NCBI GenBank assembly: GCA_032718475.1
Contig: JAUCBJ010007457.1
Coordinates: forward strand, 27,705-91,704
Length of the DNA stretch: 64,000 bases
Direction of reading: 5' to 3'
From: Nemertoderma westbladi
Taxonomy: Eukaryota > Animalia > Xenacoelomorpha
Below the pieces are notes generated by a model that did no database searches, had not been told where the DNA came from, and was given only the letters and a program-made list of their open reading frames with translations. Below, piece after piece: positions 60,892 through 64,000 of the stretch. Numbering within the stretch: the stretch's first letter is position 1; each line of letters starts with the position of its first letter. Position numbers and translations under genes: made by a program.

Positions 60892-61749
60892 TTACTAGTT
60901 AACCGAAGTCTCGAACTGTTTATCTCTTGTCTGTCTTATGGCAACAAATGTCGCAACTCAGTTTATTTACTATGTGACTCGGGGTGGGTTATTTATGGTT
61001 TTATGCGGCGTATTTCTACAGGCGAGTAGTCCTACAAATATTTGATTTATTCGGTTGATTTTGGGGGGTGCATTTATGTATTATATTTAATGCTATTAAT
61101 TAATAAGATATTTGTTGTTCTTTTATACCTAAAATATATATTTTTTATAAAGTACCGTACCGATACCGGTATCTAATTTATATTTATGGGTGCCGATATA
61201 ATGTTCATGCTAAGTAGGTTATTGCTGGATAGCTTAAGGGGGGAGGGGGGAGGGTGTACGTACACACAACCCCCAAAAAACATTTTTTTAATGGCTGTTA
61301 ACTACGGGTAAATGTTAGTTAATATTGCTATTTTGTCAAGGTCAACCGCTGTCTATGGAAGGCCAAATACCCACTACACTAATATTTGAAAATTTATTGC
61401 CACCCCCTACCGGCTGGCGGCGGAATTAAAGATTTCACTGAAAATGCTACTAGTCCCACAATCTTGTCCAAATTTCTTGTAGCCAACGTTTGGACTCGAT
61501 TATCGATTGTTGAAAAGTTATCTTATATAATTTTTAATTACCCATTTTACCTTTATTTTAATCAATTAATTAATTTAATTAATTTTCATATTATTATTAA
61601 AATTTGTTCTTTACACAAAATGAACCATTATCTTGGAAATTCCATAAGATAACTTTTAAAGAGCTGCTAAAGCTCATTCGAATGATGCAAAAATGAAGAA
61701 AATTGGTTGAAAAATGGCGGAGTAGTAGTAATTTGAAAATGATAATCAT

Positions 61750-61908
61750 TTCTGGCACGAAGGAAGCACACCCAGACACCACCGGGTTATCTGGCACGAA
61801 GGAAGCACAACCCAGACACCACCGGGTTATCTGGCACGAAGGAAGCACAACCCAGACACCACCGGGTTATCTGGTACGAAGGAAGCACACCCAGACACCA
61901 CCGGGTTA
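61750..61908. repeat. 39/40-bp tandem repeat, 4 units
   Basis: TCTGGCACGAAGGAAGCACA(A)CCCAGACACCACCGGGTTA repeated four times. Confidence 0.9.
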
Positions 61909-62114
61909 AAAATTTTCATTACGTAGGTTTTCAGGGTCGCTGACATCATTTCCGATGTCAGTTCTAATGTTTGGTGGAATTTTCTCTGTCTGTCTATCTC
62001 TCGGTTGTCTTTATGTTTTACAATTTGACGAGAGTAACAGTTATAGACAGACAGTAGACACCCCTGGTGATTGATAGATGATGTTGTATGGTACCGTATA
62101 TGTAGTAATACTAT

Positions 62115-62974
62115 GAGTGTGGTATAAGGTCGGCCGCCGTACACTACTGCAGTAGGAGTGTGGTCTAAGGTCGGCCGCCGTACACTACTGCAGTAGGAGT
62201 GTGGTCTAAGGACGGCCGCCGTACACTACTGCAGTAGGAGTGTGGTCTAAGGTCGGCCGCCGTACACTACTGCAGTAGGAGTGTGGTCTAAGGTCGGCCG
62301 CCGTACACTACTGCAGTAGGAGTGTGGTCTAAGGTCGGCCGCCGTACACTACTGCAGTAGGAGTGTGGTCTAAGGTCGGCCGCCGTACACTACTGCAGTA
62401 GGAGTGTGGTCTAAGGTCGGCCGCCGTACACTACTGCAGTAGGAGTGTGGTCTAAGGTCGGCCGCCGTACACTACTGCAGTAGGAGTGTGGTCTAAGGTC
62501 GGCCGCCGTACACTACTGCAGTAGGAGTGTGGTCTAAGGTCGGCCGCCGTACACTACTGCAGTAGGAGTGTGGTCTAAGGTCGGCCGCCGTACACTACTG
62601 CAGTAGGAGTGTGGTCTAAGGTCGGCCGCCGTACACTACTGCAGTAGGAGTGTGGTCTAAGGACGGCCGCCGTACACTACTGCAGTAGGAGTGTGGTCTA
62701 AGGTCGGCCGCCGTACACTACTGCAGTAGGAGTGTGGTCTAAGGTCGGTCGCCGTACACTACTGCAGTAGGAGTGTGGTCTAAGGTCGGCCGCCGTACAC
62801 TACTGCAGTAGGAGTGTGGTCTAAGGTCGGCCGCCGTACACTACTGCAGTAGGAGTGTGGTCTAAGGTCGGCCGCCGTACACTACTGCAGTAGGAGTGTG
62901 GTCTAAGGTCGGCCGCCGTACACTACTGCAGTAGGAGTGTGGTCTAAGGTCGGCCGCCGTACACTACTGCAGTA
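62115..62974. repeat. 41-bp minisatellite, about 21 units
   Basis: Unit GAGTGTGGTCTAAGGTCGGCCGCCGTACACTACTGCAGTAG, nearly invariant, contains the palindrome CTACTGCAGTAG. Confidence 0.95.
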
Positions 62975-63366
62975 GATACAAGATGCAGAGATATTTGCCA
63001 ACATGGATAGCTTTGTTGACGTTATTTATTTACAGTATATTTTTTTTCCACATATCATTTAATTTTCAATGGATGGCAGTGATTTTGCAGTTAAATACGT
63101 TCACTTACCTTTTATCCAAGAGAGAAATGTAATGAAGAATCTCGATGAATTATCATAAGCGAGTAGACCTAGGCAGCTAGGTAACTATCGTCAGACAGAC
63201 AGAAGGCCTATGATAACTGTATAATAATAGACACCCAAATACGGTAGGTTCTGTAACTCTATTTCTATGTTCTACTCCTAAAACTATGTGAATTAATCGT
63301 TTTCCAACGGGTGAGTACAAAACAAAGACCAAAGACTACTGTAAAGACCTGTACAAAACACATGTG

Positions 63367-63626
63367 TAACTTTCGTTTATTATTTTGGTTCCCCCAGCAC
63401 GCCTCTGTAACCTGCTCCTTTACTAACCTGCTCAGTTAAATGGCAATGGGACCTAACGCTCTTTGGGCAATTGGGACCTAACGCCCTTTGGGACTTTACC
63501 TCTTTGTTTTGTATTTTGTACAGGTCCAAAAAAGCGTTAGGTCCCATTGCCATTTAAAGGAGCAGGTTAGTAAAGGAGCAGGTTACAGAGGCGTGTTGGG
63601 GGGACCAAAACAGTAAACGAAAGTTA
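63367..63626. mobile_element. Palindromic MITE-like element (about 260 bp)
   Basis: Arms of about 100 bp: taactttcgttta...gcctctgtaacctgctcctttactaacctgctc...aaatggcaatgggacctaacgct versus agcgttaggtcccattgccattt...gagcaggttagtaaaggagcaggttacagaggc...taaacgaaagtta. Flanked by acatgt on both sides. Confidence 0.75.
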
Positions 63627-64000
63627 ACATGTTACAAGATTATGCAGGTTTGTCACCCGTGTTCCCACCCCTAGAATCCAGATATTATATTCTACAAATT
63701 TATTGTGTTTCAAATACTTATGCAACTTTTATACACCAACTGAAATTTGAAATTGAACCAGCATATTCAAAACTGTCATCGGTATATTAGAATCTGTCAA
63801 AAAAATAAAACAGGTTGCGTTAGAAAAAAACATAGTGTCTAGCCTATGGAGACATAATGAAGAGCAGCTAGGAAATGCATTTCTTTTTCAAATACCTATT
63901 CTATTCTATTTCATTTAGACCTACATTAAGTTAATAATGAATTTATTTTCCAATATTAAATCGAATAATTAAATCACGCTGGAAGCTTTGTGAGTAACTG

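Noticed and set aside
62115-62974. Possible CRISPR array or tRNA cluster
   Set aside because: No variable spacers; the unit is too short for a tRNA and lacks a T-arm/B-box.
58250-63110. Candidate upstream exon donors (GTAAGT on the minus strand near 58257, 60390 and 63108)
   Set aside because: An upstream exon is implied by the acceptor at 57860, but sequence alone cannot tell which donor, if any, is real.

Overview
Eukaryotic, animal-type genomic DNA with AT-rich introns. Most of the window is the 5' part of a filamin gene on the minus strand. I reconstructed seven coding exons with GT-AG boundaries and consistent phases. They encode CH1, CH2 and filamin Ig-like repeats 1-2, followed by a giant exon of at least 6.7 kb that runs off the left edge and is therefore missing from the ORF track. 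That exon encodes more than 2,200 aa of G-P-D-G/D-G/N-G turn-rich low-complexity repeats, including about 3.5 near-identical 381-aa tandem units, at the place where Ig repeat 3 would normally follow. The introns are swollen by several unrelated tandem arrays with 24, 20, 27, 30/31, 75 and 26 bp units. The 30/31-bp array is an amplification of the exon 2 splice donor itself (about 50 copies). The 26-bp unit reads like a 3' splice site on the sense strand. An intact, very young BEL/Pao LTR retrotransposon (826-bp LTRs, one mismatch seen, CTAGC target duplication) sits inside the 26-bp satellite. Upstream of the first coding exon are a MITE nested in a tRNA-type SINE, two further inverted-repeat elements, a candidate RFX X-box, and 40-bp and 41-bp minisatellites. 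The huge ORFs at 7.7-26 kb are artefacts of a stop-free 24-bp repeat. All coordinates were read by eye and no database searches were run.
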